64,000 bases of DNA. Origin: Octopus vulgaris (lineage: Eukaryota). The position numbers and the translations under genes were made by a program. The stretch covers positions 178,374,001 through 178,438,000 of the forward strand of contig OX597816.1 of NCBI GenBank assembly GCA_951406725.2, read 5' to 3'. Every line of letters begins with the position of its first letter. Within the stretch, counting starts at the first letter, position 1. Positions 39,698 through 51,737 of this stretch are shown piece after piece. Below the pieces are notes generated by a model that searched no databases, was not told where the DNA came from, and saw nothing but the letters and a program-made list of their open reading frames with translations.

Positions 39698-39862
39698 ATA
39701 AATATAAAAGGGAATTTTACCACTATGTGGAAACCCTTATGCTAGAAGAAGATCCGCTATGGTCTTAACCACTAAGAATTGTTCTTAGTGGTTAAGACCA
39801 TAGTGGATCTTCTTCTAGCATAAGGGTTTCCACATAGTGGTAAAATTCCCTTTTATATTTAT
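39698..39862. repeat. Near-perfect palindrome: 81-bp arms, 3-nt loop
   Basis: Arms 39698-39778 and 39782-39862 with one mismatch. Confidence 0.95.
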
Positions 39863-39988
39863 GTATGTAATACTATTTACTGAATCTCAGTTTTTTTATA
39901 TGCTAGACCACTGGTGTTAAAATAGATGTTATCAAATTAGTATCCAATTTTCACCCTCATTTTAATTTTAAACTTTATATACATACAT

Positions 39989-41078
39989 ATATGCGACATG
40001 GAGAGATGGCTTATCTGGAAAAGCAGCTTGAGTTTAGACTACATGTCTAAACTCAAGGACAGAACTTTTCAGATCATGCCCACATGTGACAAAATTTTTG
40101 TTACGTTTTTGGTCCCCTCAAGACTACAGATAGAACTTGCTTTCTATATTATGTCCACACAAAAGTTTTTTATCTCATTATACCTTTTATTTTTTTCATA
40201 TATTTTTATATTTTCACACATAATAATATTTTCTGTACTCTTCCATCCTGCATTTTTTCTTGTGCCTATATAGATGTGTATATAGATTCATTTGTACGCG
40301 TGTGTGAATATGTATGAGTGGGTGGGTATGTATGTATATAGATGTGTGCGTGTGTGCGGGCATAACAATACATATATATATATAGACGTTTTTACTTAGT
40401 ATTTTTACAGTTTTTTCGGATTTTTTGGGCATATGTATAATCCCTTTTTTTGTGTATGCGTGTGTGTGTATGCATATATAAACATGTGTGGGTATGTACA
40501 TATGGGCGTGTGTGTGTATGTGTGCATAAGGGCATGTCCGTATATGAACGTGGTTTTACGCTTTGTATACTTCCTTATGTTTTTTTCTGTATTGTTACCT
40601 TTAATCATGATTTTTCTTGTGCTTGTGCGTATATAGACGTATGTATGAACCTTTACGGTACGCGCGTGTGTGTATAAGTTTGTATATATATATATGTGTA
40701 TACATTTGGCGAAATTGCGAGTGAAGATGTGTATGTTTTGATAGTGACGTATACGTATGCACGTGGGTGCGCAAGCGCACATGTGAGCATATGAGTAGGC
40801 ATGCTTACGTGTTTACTATGAACTTTTAACCTTAATTTATATAAGTAGCGAAATTATAACACAGTAATTTCCCTTTGTATAACCGTCTTTTTTCATAGCG
40901 TTTTTCAGATGGTCAGATAACCGAAGAGATGGTGGTGTGGATTTCCACCTCGGCATCTGAAACTCAGAGTTTTATCTTGGCTATTGAATAATTGTCACAT
41001 ATTACATTTACAGATAAATTCCTCTATTTACATAATATTGAGGTCTCTTTCTTTCTTTTGTTATCTTACCGTTTTTAC
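39989..41078 (+). mobile_element. 3' end of a Penelope-like element (GIY-YIG C-terminus, UTR, pLTR with hammerhead)
   Basis: CDMERWLIWK, +1 shift, then LNSRTELFRSCPHVTKFLL; resembles the PLE C-terminal LNKRSELxxxCRHxxKFLL motif. Confidence 0.75.
40915..40977 (+). ncRNA. Variant type-I hammerhead (CCGAAGA core)
   Basis: agataa CCGAAGA gatg..catc t GAAA ctc-a-gag TT ttatct. Confidence 0.7.
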
Positions 41079-41113
41079 CAATATATATATATATATATAT
41101 ATACATACATACA

Positions 41114-41280
41114 TAGGCGCAGGAGTGGCTGTGTGGTAAGTAGCTTGCTAACCAACCACATGGTTCCGGGTTCAGTCCCACTGCGTGGCATCTTGGGCAA
41201 GTGTCTTCTGCTATAGCCCCGGGCCGACCAATGCCTTGTGAGTGGATTTGGTAGACGGAAACTGAAAGAAGCCTGTCGTA

Positions 41281-41335
<55 letters not shown>

Positions 41336-41510
41336 ATGTGTGTGTGTTTGTCCCCCTATCATTGCTTGACAACCGATGCTGGTGTGTTTACGTCCCCGTC
41401 ACTTAGCGGTTCGGCAAAGAATAAGTCCCGGGGTCGATTTGCTCGACTAAAGGCGGTGCTCCAGCATGGCCGCAGTCAAATGACTGAAACAAGTAAAAGA
41501 GTAAAGAGAG
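41114..41510 (+). mobile_element. SINE family A
   Basis: Near-identical to the other copies. Confidence 0.92.
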
Positions 41511-41576
41511 TATACATACATATACACACACTCATACAAATATATAAATACATATATTTTTTGTTTCCTATTTCAG

Positions 41577-41663
41577 AATAGTATTGAATTCATGAAGCAT
41601 GCTAAACGACGACGTTTAACAACTGAAGATATTAATGACGCTCTTCGAACAAGTGATATGCAG
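41577..41663 (+). CDS. TAF6L: TAF6L coding exon 3
   Basis: NSIEFMKHAKRRRLTTEDINDALRTSDMQ; TAF6/H4-like fold; phase 0-0. Confidence 0.95.
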
Positions 41664-41682
41664 GTAAATGTTAACTTTTACA

Positions 41683-42090
41683 TTAACGCTTCAGCATTTA
41701 AACCAGCCATACCTGGCTCAAGTATTCCATCTCTTTTATGTTCAAACTAGCCAGATCCAGACTCTCACACCAAACCTACAATATCATTCTAAAAATAAAC
41801 AGTCAACAGTCACAACATTGGAATCTCAAAGTTTCAAGATAATCCAGGATTAATTTAAAGCAATGTGAATGAATAAGCATTATGTTTGGCAGAAATCTAT
41901 TTAAACTGGCCATATCTGGCCAAAATATTCTACCTGTTTTATGTTCATAATGGCCAGATCCAGCCTTTCACACCCACCCTATAATATCATTGAAAGAATA
42001 AACAGTTACATCATCAAAATCTCAAAGCTACATGATAATGCAAGATTGATTCAGAATGATGTGAACAAATAAGCATTATATTTGACAGAA
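41683..42090 (-). mobile_element. Two tandem copies of TTAA MITE family 2
   Basis: Reverse complement of 43388-43616, present twice. Confidence 0.75.
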
Positions 42091-42159
42091 GTTAAGGAGG
42101 TTAAAGAGTTGAATGTGTGGTTGCTGAATTCTGATTTTGAAAGTGCAGCAAAAAATGCC

Positions 42160-43335
42160 ACATCATCATCATCATCATCATCATTTAGCGTCCGTTTTCC
42201 ATGCTGGCATGGGTTGGACGGTTCAACTGGGGTCTGTGAAGCTGGAAGGCTTCATCAGGCCCAGTCAGATCTGGCAATGTTTCTACGGCTGGATGCCCTT
42301 CCTAACGCCAACCACTCCGTGAGTGTAGTGGGTGCTTTTTACGTGCCACCCGCACAGGTGCCAGACGGAGCTGGCAAACGGCCACGAACGGATGGTGCTT
42401 TTACGTGTCACCGGCACGGGGGCCAGGCGAGGCTGGCAACGGACACGAACGGATGGTGCTTTTACGTGCCACCGACACGGGGGCCAGACAGGGCTGGCAA
42501 ACGGCCACGAATGGATGGTGCTTTTACGTGTCACCGGCACGGGGGCCAGGCGAGGCTGGCAACGGACACGAACGGATGGTGCTTTTACGTGCCACCAACA
42601 CGGGGGCCAGACAGGGCTGGCAAACGGCCACCAAACGGATGGTGCTTTTACGTGTCACTGGCACGGGGGCCAGGCGAGGCTGGCAACGGACATGAACGGA
42701 TGGTGCTTTTACGTGCCACCGACACGGGGGCCAGACAGAGCTGGCAAACGGCCACGAACGGATTGTGCTTTTACGTGTCACTGGCACAGGGGCCACGTTA
42801 AAATAAATTACTGCTTCATTTCGTGTCACCGGCACGGGGGCCAGGCGAGGCTGGCAACGGACATGAACGGATGGTGCTTTTACGTGTCACCGGCACGGGG
42901 GCCAGGCGAGGCTGGCAACGGACATGAACGGATGGTGCTTTTACGTGTCACTGGCACGGGGGCCAGGCGAGGCTGGCAACGGACACGAACGGATGGTGCT
43001 TTTACGTGTCACTGGCACGGGGGCCAGGCGAGGCTGGCAACGGACACGAACGGATGGTGCTTTTACGTGCCACCAACACGGGGGCCAGACAGGGCTGGCA
43101 AACGGCCACCAAACGGATGGTGCTTTTACGTGTCACCGGCACGGGGGCCAGGCGAGGCTGGCAACGGACATGAACGGATGGTGCTTTTACGTGTCACTGG
43201 CACGGGGGCCAGGCGAGGCTGGCAACGGACATGAACGGATGGTGCTTTTACGTGCCACCGACACGGGGGCCAGACAGAGCTGGCAAACGGCCACGAACGG
43301 ATGGTGCTTTTACGTGTCACTGGCACAGGGGCCAC
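42160..43335 (-). repeat. RTE 3'UTR with an expanded ~61-63-bp GC-rich minisatellite (~16 units)
   Basis: Unit ggatggtgcttttacgtgtcaccggcacgggggccaggcgaggctggcaacggacacgaac; 61-bp period at 42871, 42932, 42993 and 43054. Confidence 0.92.
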
Positions 43336-43387
43336 GTTAAAATAAATTACTGCTTCATTTCTGATCATTTTACTAACACAAGAGTGT

Positions 43388-43616
43388 TTAACCCTTTAGT
43401 GTTCAGATTACTCTGTTAAATGTAATGCATTTTCACTCAAATTATTTTGAATTAATCATGCATTATCTTATAGCTTTGAGGTTTCAATGATGTGATAGTT
43501 TATTTTTAGAAAGTCACTGTAGGTTAGGTGTGAGAGGCTAGATATGGCTAGTTCAAATATAAAACATGTAGAATATATTGGGCCGGATGTGGCCAGTTTA
43601 AACACTAAAGGGTTAA
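43388..43616 (+). mobile_element. TTAA MITE family 2
   Basis: TTAA-CCCTTTAG...CTAAAGGG-TTAA. Confidence 0.9.
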
Positions 43617-43661
43617 GGGCAACATTCAGTAATTATGTGTTGCATATGTAAAATAAACTTG

Positions 43662-43889
43662 TTAACCCTTTCATTACTGCATTTATTTTGAGATACTCCG
43701 TGTTTCTTTCAATTACTTTGAATATAACAAAAAATTTAGTAAAATGACTTAGTTATCATTAAGCTAGTGTTAGGAACATAAATTGTGACTAAGGTTTGGT
43801 GGAAGATTTGAATTCCAAACTTATGAAAACAAGACATTTGTACTCAGAGCCAGAGCCAGTTTCAGCCGGGTTGGTAACGAAAGGGTTAG
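43662..43889 (-). mobile_element. TTAA MITE family 1
   Basis: TIRs present; right TSD mutated to ttag. Confidence 0.88.
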
Positions 43890-44742
43890 GGTTAGACAAG
43901 CTAATAAGGTGTGGTTCAAATCACATTTTTATAGTTTAACCGGTCATAAGGTATCTTTTGAAATTTTAGAATTTTTATTGCAATTTATTTCACAGTCTTG
44001 CCTTTCAAAGTATTGAAGGTACATTTTACTTCTTCCTTGTTGTAGTTATTCTCTCAACAGATTTTGAAGGTCATATCTAATACTGGAAAATAAAATTATA
44101 ATATTCAAAAGATAAGCATATTCTAAATCAAATTCAGATTATATTTAATTTCTTCTTCAAATTAATTGTTACCTGATATTTTTTTACACTCCCCTCCCCA
44201 TGCACTTTCTCTTATCCAGTGGCATATCAAAGGTTCTTAGTGTACAGAGACAAAGATACTTAATGTACCTCCGCCTTAATAAGCATGATAGGCTAGAAGA
44301 AATGTTGTGGTCCTGCACACCTACATGCAATGGTAGAACGGATGGGGAGAGTCTAAGGTGACTGTCCCTCTTCACCCACCTCTTGCTACTCTCTACTATA
44401 CACTGTTAATATCTTATTTTTTCAAACTGCAAGCTATATATCATTTGTTCTTGTTAACTAAATCTTGTGAGGTGATTTTGAAGCAATCTTCATATTACTA
44501 TCCTTTTCACATATTGTTTGGATATATACTCACAATGTAGATCCATATCAAAACAGCTTTAGTATTCCAAATGTTCATAAACCTGGTCAATTTTAATTCT
44601 ATGAACAAACTCTTCTTTTAATGTCTCTTCATTAAGTTTAATTAATGTTTATACATGACTTCTAGTGTTAGATTGTGTATTGTAAACGTTTTGTTATTGT
44701 GGAAGTAAAATTTAATTAATTTTTTTTTTTTTTTTTTTCCAG

Positions 44743-44893
44743 CCAATTTTGGGACATGGCTCTCTTGAACCTGTTATTTTTAAACAAGTGAAAGATGCTG
44801 AAATTCATTTTGTTGAAGACTTAGATCTAAATGTTACCAATATAGCATTTAATAATTATAAACCTAAAGAAACTGGAGAGCTTGGTATCAAAA
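44743..44893 (+). CDS. TAF6L: TAF6L coding exon 4
   Basis: PILGHGSLEPVIFKQVKDAEIHFVEDLDLNVTNIAFNNYKPKETGELGIK; strong poly-T acceptor and gtaagt donor; phase 0-1. Confidence 0.92.
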
Positions 44894-45206
44894 GTAAGTA
44901 ATTTCAAAAGGGAAAAATTTAATGTCCTTTTGTTTCAACTTATTGTTTGGCAGGTCACTTTTGCCTGTCTTTTTTTTTCTCATTGATAATTCTACTATAA
45001 CATCTAAAAAATTATACCCTTGGTAATTTCTTTTGTAACAATAAAAAAAATAAACAAAGGAAAATTGGGGAAGCTGCTAAAGATACAGCATAAGTTGAAA
45101 ATGTTTTGTTACTCTACAAAATTGTTTTACTTGTATGTCAGTACCTTTTATCAACTAGTTGGAACTAAAATATTTGTAATGAAAAATTATAGAAAGATAA
45201 ATTTTA

Positions 45207-45602
45207 TAGGCGCAGGAGTGGCTGTGTGGTAAGTAGCTTGCTAACCAACCACATGGTTGCGGGTTCAGTCCCACTGCGTGGCATCTTGGGCAAGTGTCTT
45301 CTGCTATAGCCCCGGGCCGACCAATGCCTTGTGAGTGGATTTGGTAGACAGAAACTGAAAGAAGCCTGTCGTATATATGTATATATATGTATATATGTGT
45401 TTGTGTGTCTGTGTTTGTCCCCCTAGCATTGCTTGACAACCGATGCTGGTGTGTCTACGTCCCCGCCACTTAGTGGTTCGGCAAAAGAGACCGATAGAAT
45501 AAGTACTGGGCTTACAAAGAATAAGTCCCGGGGTCGATTTGATCGACTAAAGGCGGTGCTCCAGCATGGCTGCAGTCAAATGACTGAAACAAGTAAAAGA
45601 GA
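45207..45602 (+). mobile_element. SINE family A
   Basis: Near-identical copy. Confidence 0.92.
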
Positions 45603-45798
45603 GACAATTAAAGATGTTAATTAAGTTTAGATGGATGACATCTGTAATGAAACATGTAATATGATATGGAATTATTATATGAGTATTCAAAAACGAATTT
45701 AAAATAGACCTCATGTTTGCTTTAACATCCAGCTTCATGATAACTACTTGATAAACAGTTATACTTCGATTTTCCATCCTCAAGATAACTTTCATTTA

Positions 45799-46202
45799 AG
45801 AGTGGCTGTGTGGTAAGTAGCTTGTCTACCAACCACATGGCTCGGGGTTCAGTTCCACTGCGTGGCACCCTGGGCAAGTGTCTTCTACTATAGCCCCGGG
45901 CCGACCAAAGCCTTGTGAGTGGATTTGGTAGATGGAAACTGAAAGAAGCCCGTTGTATATATGTATATATATATATATGCGTGTGTGTGTTTGTGTGTCT
46001 GTGTTTGTCCCCTAGCATTGCTTGACAACCGATGCTGGTGTGTTTATGTCCCCGTTACTTAGCAGTTCGGCAAAAGAGACCGATAGAATAAGTACTGGGC
46101 TTACAAAAGAATAAGTCCCGGGGTCGAGTTGTCGATTAAAAGGCGGTGCTCCAGCATGGCCGCAGTCAAATGACTGAAACAAGTAAAAGAGAGTAAAAGA
46201 GA
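45799..46202 (+). mobile_element. SINE family A
   Basis: Near-identical copy. Confidence 0.92.
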
Positions 46203-46529
46203 TATATAGTCTAAGAAGTGAGCAGGAAGTTGATATGGAATGAGCTAAGAAAATGCATTGGTGTATAAAAGTTATATAATTCATTTAGATTCAAAAGTAT
46301 ATATATGTGTGTATATATATATATATATATTATATACATACTGTGCTAGTACTGTGTAAAAAGCACTGAGTCCACTCTGCAGAGTGGTTGGTGTTAGAAA
46401 GGGCATCCAGCTGTAGAAACCCTGTCAAAACAAACATAGCGTAGTTTTCTACCTGACTGGCTCCTCTCAACTGTCCTACTCATGCATGTATAGAAGATGG
46501 ACGTTAAACGATGATGATGATGATATATA

Positions 46530-47651
46530 CAGGGTGTGGTGAATAAATTGGTGTCTTAATTATGCAGAAATGAAAATAACACTGACATCTCATTTTAACA
46601 GATATATCTACCAAAATTACATAAAAATGTCTTTTTTGGTCTATCGTTCAACTGCGACCCACACATAATAATCAAGGGGGTTGCAGTCTGGGGTGTTGGG
46701 TGACCAGATGTTTACAATGATGTGGTTCGCAGAAAGTGTCTGACAGCCATGACTGGGTTCTCCTGGTTGTGTGGCTTGAGGCTGAGTCCTGTTGCCAGAC
46801 ATAGGGTTGTCCAGCAGTCACCCTCTTGACCCTGGGCAGCACTACTTCCTTCAGGCACTTGATGTAGGCCTCAATGTTGAGTTTGAGGGCCTGTGGGAAG
46901 ATGAATGGAGACATAACATTGCCATCATTACTGAGCACTTCAAACACCATGATGTTGACTGGATGTTTAATTTTTATCATTCTTGGTACATGTTTTGGGG
47001 ACATGGCACGCCAACTGTTCCATGTGTTCACCATCTAATCTTGGCAGAAATTTTTCTTGTCTGAGAACAACCAAAGCATGTTTGGTTGGAGAAGATGCTT
47101 GAGAGTGTTCAAAAGCTTTGTAGCGTGAACTTTCCTCTTGTTCTTGATGTCTTGGGATAAAAATTGGCCCTTTCTCATCTTGTATGAGGAATACCAAATG
47201 TCTTCAAGTACTACCTGCCTGATAAGAAACTCAGACATTCCCATGTCCCTGGTGGTGGACCTGATTGACTTGGGGGGGATCATTGTCAATCATGGCCTGG
47301 ATCTCACCAGCAAATTCAGTAGCTCTTTTCTTATCAGAATGATGAGAATGTTTCGAGCTGCCGTACCATCACCATTAGACTCATCCAACTCTTTCTGAAT
47401 CCTCTGCACTCTCCTCAGATTGACACCCAAACACTCTGAAATGTTTGTATTGGAGCTGCTGGCACAAATGCCAAGCAGTGCAGCATGTCGTTCCCAAATT
47501 TCTGGCAGAGTGAATTGCAACATCATGCTGCTGCTTCTCTCACAGATGGTGCCCAACTGACCCTACTATACTGTGTAGCTGACAAAATCAAAAACAAATG
47601 ATGCGCATGTGCAAAATAAAAAATATAAAATGGCGACAATTTACCCATCGC

Positions 47652-47657
<6 letters not shown>
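46530..47657 (-). mobile_element. Tc1/mariner-superfamily element with a decayed transposase
   Basis: TIR cagggtgtggtgaataaattg / caatttacccatcgcaccct; LFSDKKNF and YVWQQDSA motifs. Confidence 0.88.
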
Positions 47658-47707
<50 letters not shown>

Positions 47708-47898
47708 CATATATACATGTAGATTGCTTAATATTGGACAAATGAGAAAGTGTGCTCAATACATGTTGTGGTGGGATATGGTTTTTCTATATCTTTGCCT
47801 GAAGATTGCAGCGGTTTGAACCTTGAGTCTCAAGATAAGTTCTCAATTTTCATTTTTCATGAAAATCTATACATATCTGTCATTATTGTTTGTGTATA

Positions 47899-48225
47899 TC
47901 ATCATCATCATTTAGCGTCCGCTTTCCATGCTAGCATGGGTTGGACGGTTCAACTGGGGTCTGTGAAGCCGGAAGGCCGCATCAGGCCCCAGTCTGATCT
48001 GGCAGTGGATTGGTGAGTGTAGTGGGTGCTTTTTACGTGCCACCCGCACAGGTGCCAGGCGAGGCTGGCAATGGCCATGGTTGGATTGGTGCAATTTACA
48101 TGCCACCGGCACGGAAGCCAGTCGAGGCGGCGCTGGCATTGGCCACGAGTCGGATAGTGCTTTTTACGTACCACCAGTCCAGGGGTCCTGGCATCTGCCG
48201 GGTGCCAGTCATAGGATTGGTTCAA
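47899..48225 (-). mobile_element. RTE 3'UTR fragment
   Basis: (cat)n tail plus the same UTR units as 42160. Confidence 0.8.
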
Positions 48226-48377
48226 TTTCGTGTGATTTGTGAAAAACATCTTATGTATAACAGGATGGAAATTTTTTTGTTTTTTTGACAAGAAATAATG
48301 ATTGAAAATATAAATATGTTAAAAATGTCCAAATTATGTCCTGCAAAGCATCTTAATATTCAAATATTATTTTGTAG

Positions 48378-48437
48378 GTTTTTGGTATGCAATTGAAGGT
48401 GTATCTAAAATCAACACTACCACTTCAAATGCTGCAG
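48378..48437 (+). CDS. TAF6L: TAF6L coding exon 5
   Basis: (S)FWYAIEGVSKINTTTSNAA; phase 1-1; tgtag acceptor, gtgag donor. Confidence 0.88.
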
Positions 48438-48839
48438 GTGAGAACTGGAAAACCCCTTCATTTGGTCAAAGTAGGTTGCTGTTTTCTTACTATGATTCAA
48501 ATGGGTTTTCATATTTTCCCCTCAGAATATACACACATTTATACACAATTATTTACATAATTCATTATAACATCTCTTTACCTAAAAGTATTTGTAAGGG
48601 ATGGGGTCATGGGAACAAGTGATATATGTACTTGTGTACTTCTTTCATGGTCATTGGTGGTGTAAAACAAAACAGTAACATTTAAAAGATCTGTGAAACA
48701 CTAATAAAGTTTCAACATTTTGAAATTGATTGGCTTCTGTTTGTACTATAGTATACAAGACAAGAGAGTAGTGTTTTAAGTCATTGATTGAGTAATATAC
48801 ATGACTAATGTGAAGAAGGGAGTTGAAAAATATTAAGAA

Positions 48840-49900
48840 TAATGTTTCAAATTTTAGCACAAACAGCAATTTTAGGAGGGTATTAGTCAACTACATTGAC
48901 CCCAGTGCTTAACTAGTTTTTTTTTTTATTTTATCGACCCTGAAAAGATGAAAGGCAAAATTAACCTCAGCAGGATTTCAACTCCAGAAGAAATATCACA
49001 AAGCATTTTTCTCAACAGTCTAACGATTCTGCCAGTTTACTGCACTAAATATAATTGTTTCTGATTTATGCTTAATGCCAGCAATTTTGAAGAGAGGAGA
49101 GTTAGTCAGTACTATCAATCCTGGTACTTGACTGGTATCTTATTTTGTCAGCCTTAGAGACTGAAAGGCAAAGTTGATCTAGGTGGAATTTGAACTCAGA
49201 ACATAAAAAAGGCAGAACAAATGTTGTATGGCATTTTCCCTATAACAATAGTGGCAACAACAACAACAATAACACTCCTCTCTGCCATAGATATAAGGCC
49301 TGAAATTTTCAGGGAGGGAGTCTAGTTAATTACATCAACCCCAAAGGGATGACAGGCAAAGTCAACCTTGGTGGAATTTGAACTCAGAAGATAGAGACAG
49401 ACGAAATGCTGCTAAGCATTTTGCCAGGTGTGCTAATGATTCTGCCAGCTTACTGCCTTAACAACAACAACAATTATAATCCTTTCTACTAAAGGCCCAA
49501 GGCCTCGAATTTGTAGGGCAGGGACTAGTTGATTACATTGACCCCAGTGTTTCACTGTTACTTAATTTATCAATCTTGAAAGGATGAATGGCAAAGTCGG
49601 CCTTGGCAGAATTTGAACTTAGAATGTAGCGACAGGCAAAATACCGCTAAGCATCTCGCCCAGGTGTGCTAATGACTCTACCAGCTTGCCACCTTAACAA
49701 CAACAACAACAATAATAACAACAGTAATTTCTTGTATTAGTTCAAGGTCGTAAATTTTGAAGTGCACATGTGTTTCAGGTTGACTGGCCTGACATCTGTA
49801 CTCACCAAGTATTTATTTTAATCAATCCTGGAGAGTGAAAAGAAAATATATCCTAAGCAGAATTTGAACTCTGAACATTGAGATATAAGATTATTTTAAG
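48840..49900 (-). repeat. Head-to-tail cluster of ~5 diverged SINE family B copies with (CAA)n spacers
   Basis: Recurrent gaaaggcaaagt...gaatttgaactcaga. Confidence 0.8.
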
Positions 49901-50233
49901 GCATTTAACTTGACACTCATATTATTCTAAACCAAATATTGTTTCCTAAGTTCTAAATATATGAAACCTTCATTCTTAATTCAGTAATCTTAATTTTTAA
50001 TTTCAAGACCTTCACATTAAGACATTAACTAAACAAATTACTGTCTCTCTTGTAATTAATTGTCTGCAGACTTTATTTGCTGTCAAAAATGTATATAATC
50101 TTGTTATTCTATTTCATTTCTACAATCTTCATTAATTAATCTTCATTAATTAATATAATGACATCTGAAAATAATTTTGTATATTGATAAATCTATAAAA
50201 TATATGTTGTAGTCATTTAGTCTCAGATGAACT

Positions 50234-50473
50234 TTAACTCTTCACCTGTCTAAAGCATTTTCAAAAGTTTGTTCTGAATGTCTATACTGGTTTTCAGACT
50301 TTTAGTTAGTCCTTGTTTTATACATTCTGAGTAATAGAAAGCTTTCCTTTCATAAGTCTCAAATTACTCTGGTGGTTGAAAAGATTAGGAAAGTGTATCA
50401 TATATGAGACATGGATACCAGGGAAATATGTCCTGTGTACCACATGTGATACACAGGACAAGCAAAAGATTAA
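50234..50473 (+). mobile_element. TTAA MITE family 3, diverged
   Basis: Homologous to 51499-51737 at both ends; subterminal palindrome at 50429-50460. Confidence 0.7.
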
Positions 50474-51498
50474 TCATATAGATCTATAATCAAAGGAATT
50501 CCACTTACAATCATCCCCTCTCTCTCTCTCTCTCTCTTGCTGAACAATATATTCAGTTTGTCTTTACCCTTTTTTAAGATGGTGAGGTGTGATATAAGAG
50601 AGATTTGATTGTCATTTTTTTCACTCTCACAAATTGATTTCACTTGCTAAAACTTTTGATTGGCTATCTTAGAAAAGCGCAATTTACCTTGTCAATGCTA
50701 GGAGTGTATGTTTGTTTGTATACACACAGTATCTTATGCAGTATCTTCTATAAAGCTCAAAATCAACCCAAACCTTGTGAGTGAAATTAAGTTGATCAAA
50801 ACTGTGTTTAAGCTAATCAAATGACGGTAGTTGTAATTCAGAGGCTCAGTCTTGTCATATACATTGTCTAAGTGTGTCTGAGTACTTGTGTTAAAAGCAC
50901 CGGTGTCTGGAATACTCGGCCACTCACACTGATACAATGTGCTTTGATGGAACACCTAAGTTACTCATTGTCAAAACTAACATGTGATACATCTATACAG
51001 CCACACCATGCACAAATAAATGCATGCATGCACGCACAAGTGCAATGAGTAATCTTTCTCTATTGGTTAAAAATAGAAAATTCCCAGCTTCTCATTTTTG
51101 TAACATAATTCTGTTGAATTGCTTTTGTCAGCTTTATCAGAGCAGATCTCTGACAGAAATATGCATACATATCCTGTATACCATATATGCTTTGTTTTTG
51201 TTAAGTTTGAGATTGTAATGGTTTTATATATATATATATATATATACATCCCATTTGTTTTGCTTCGGTCATTTATTTCTTTTTATCCTAATTTTTTAAT
51301 GAATTGAAGTTTTACAGCGACAGCATTGGAAGCATGGGGAAACGGTCTCAGTTCATGACAGCTGTACTTATTAGGATTTATTAATGTTTGTAATCCTACA
51401 GGGGTGGAGTGGGGCTAAGAAGTAATTAAGGTTGAGCTGTTTTGTTTTTGTTTTGGTCAGCATGAATGAGTTTTCTCCAGAATATGCTGCAGCATGAA

Positions 51499-51737
51499 TT
51501 AACCCTTTATCTGTCCAAAGCATTTTCATAAGTTTGTCCTGAATGTCCATGCTTGTTCTCAAGCTTTTAGTTTGCCCATTTCATACGTTCTAAGCATTAT
51601 AACATTTCCCCTTTCTAAATCGCAGATTACTTTGATGGTTGTAAAAAATTTGGAATGTGTATCATATATAATGCATGGATGGCAGGGAGATATGGCCTGT
51701 GTCTCACATGTGATACTCAGGACAGGCGAAGGGTTAA
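51499..51737 (+). mobile_element. TTAA MITE family 3
   Basis: TTAA-CCCTT...AAGGG-TTAA. Confidence 0.8.

Noticed and set aside
42082-43419. 239-aa and 300-aa ORFs, and a CRISPR-like appearance
   Set aside because: Stop-poor GC-rich tandem repeat with no unique spacers, no cas genes, and a eukaryotic context.
43882-43896. gggttagggttag telomere-like motif
   Set aside because: Only two units, at a MITE terminus.
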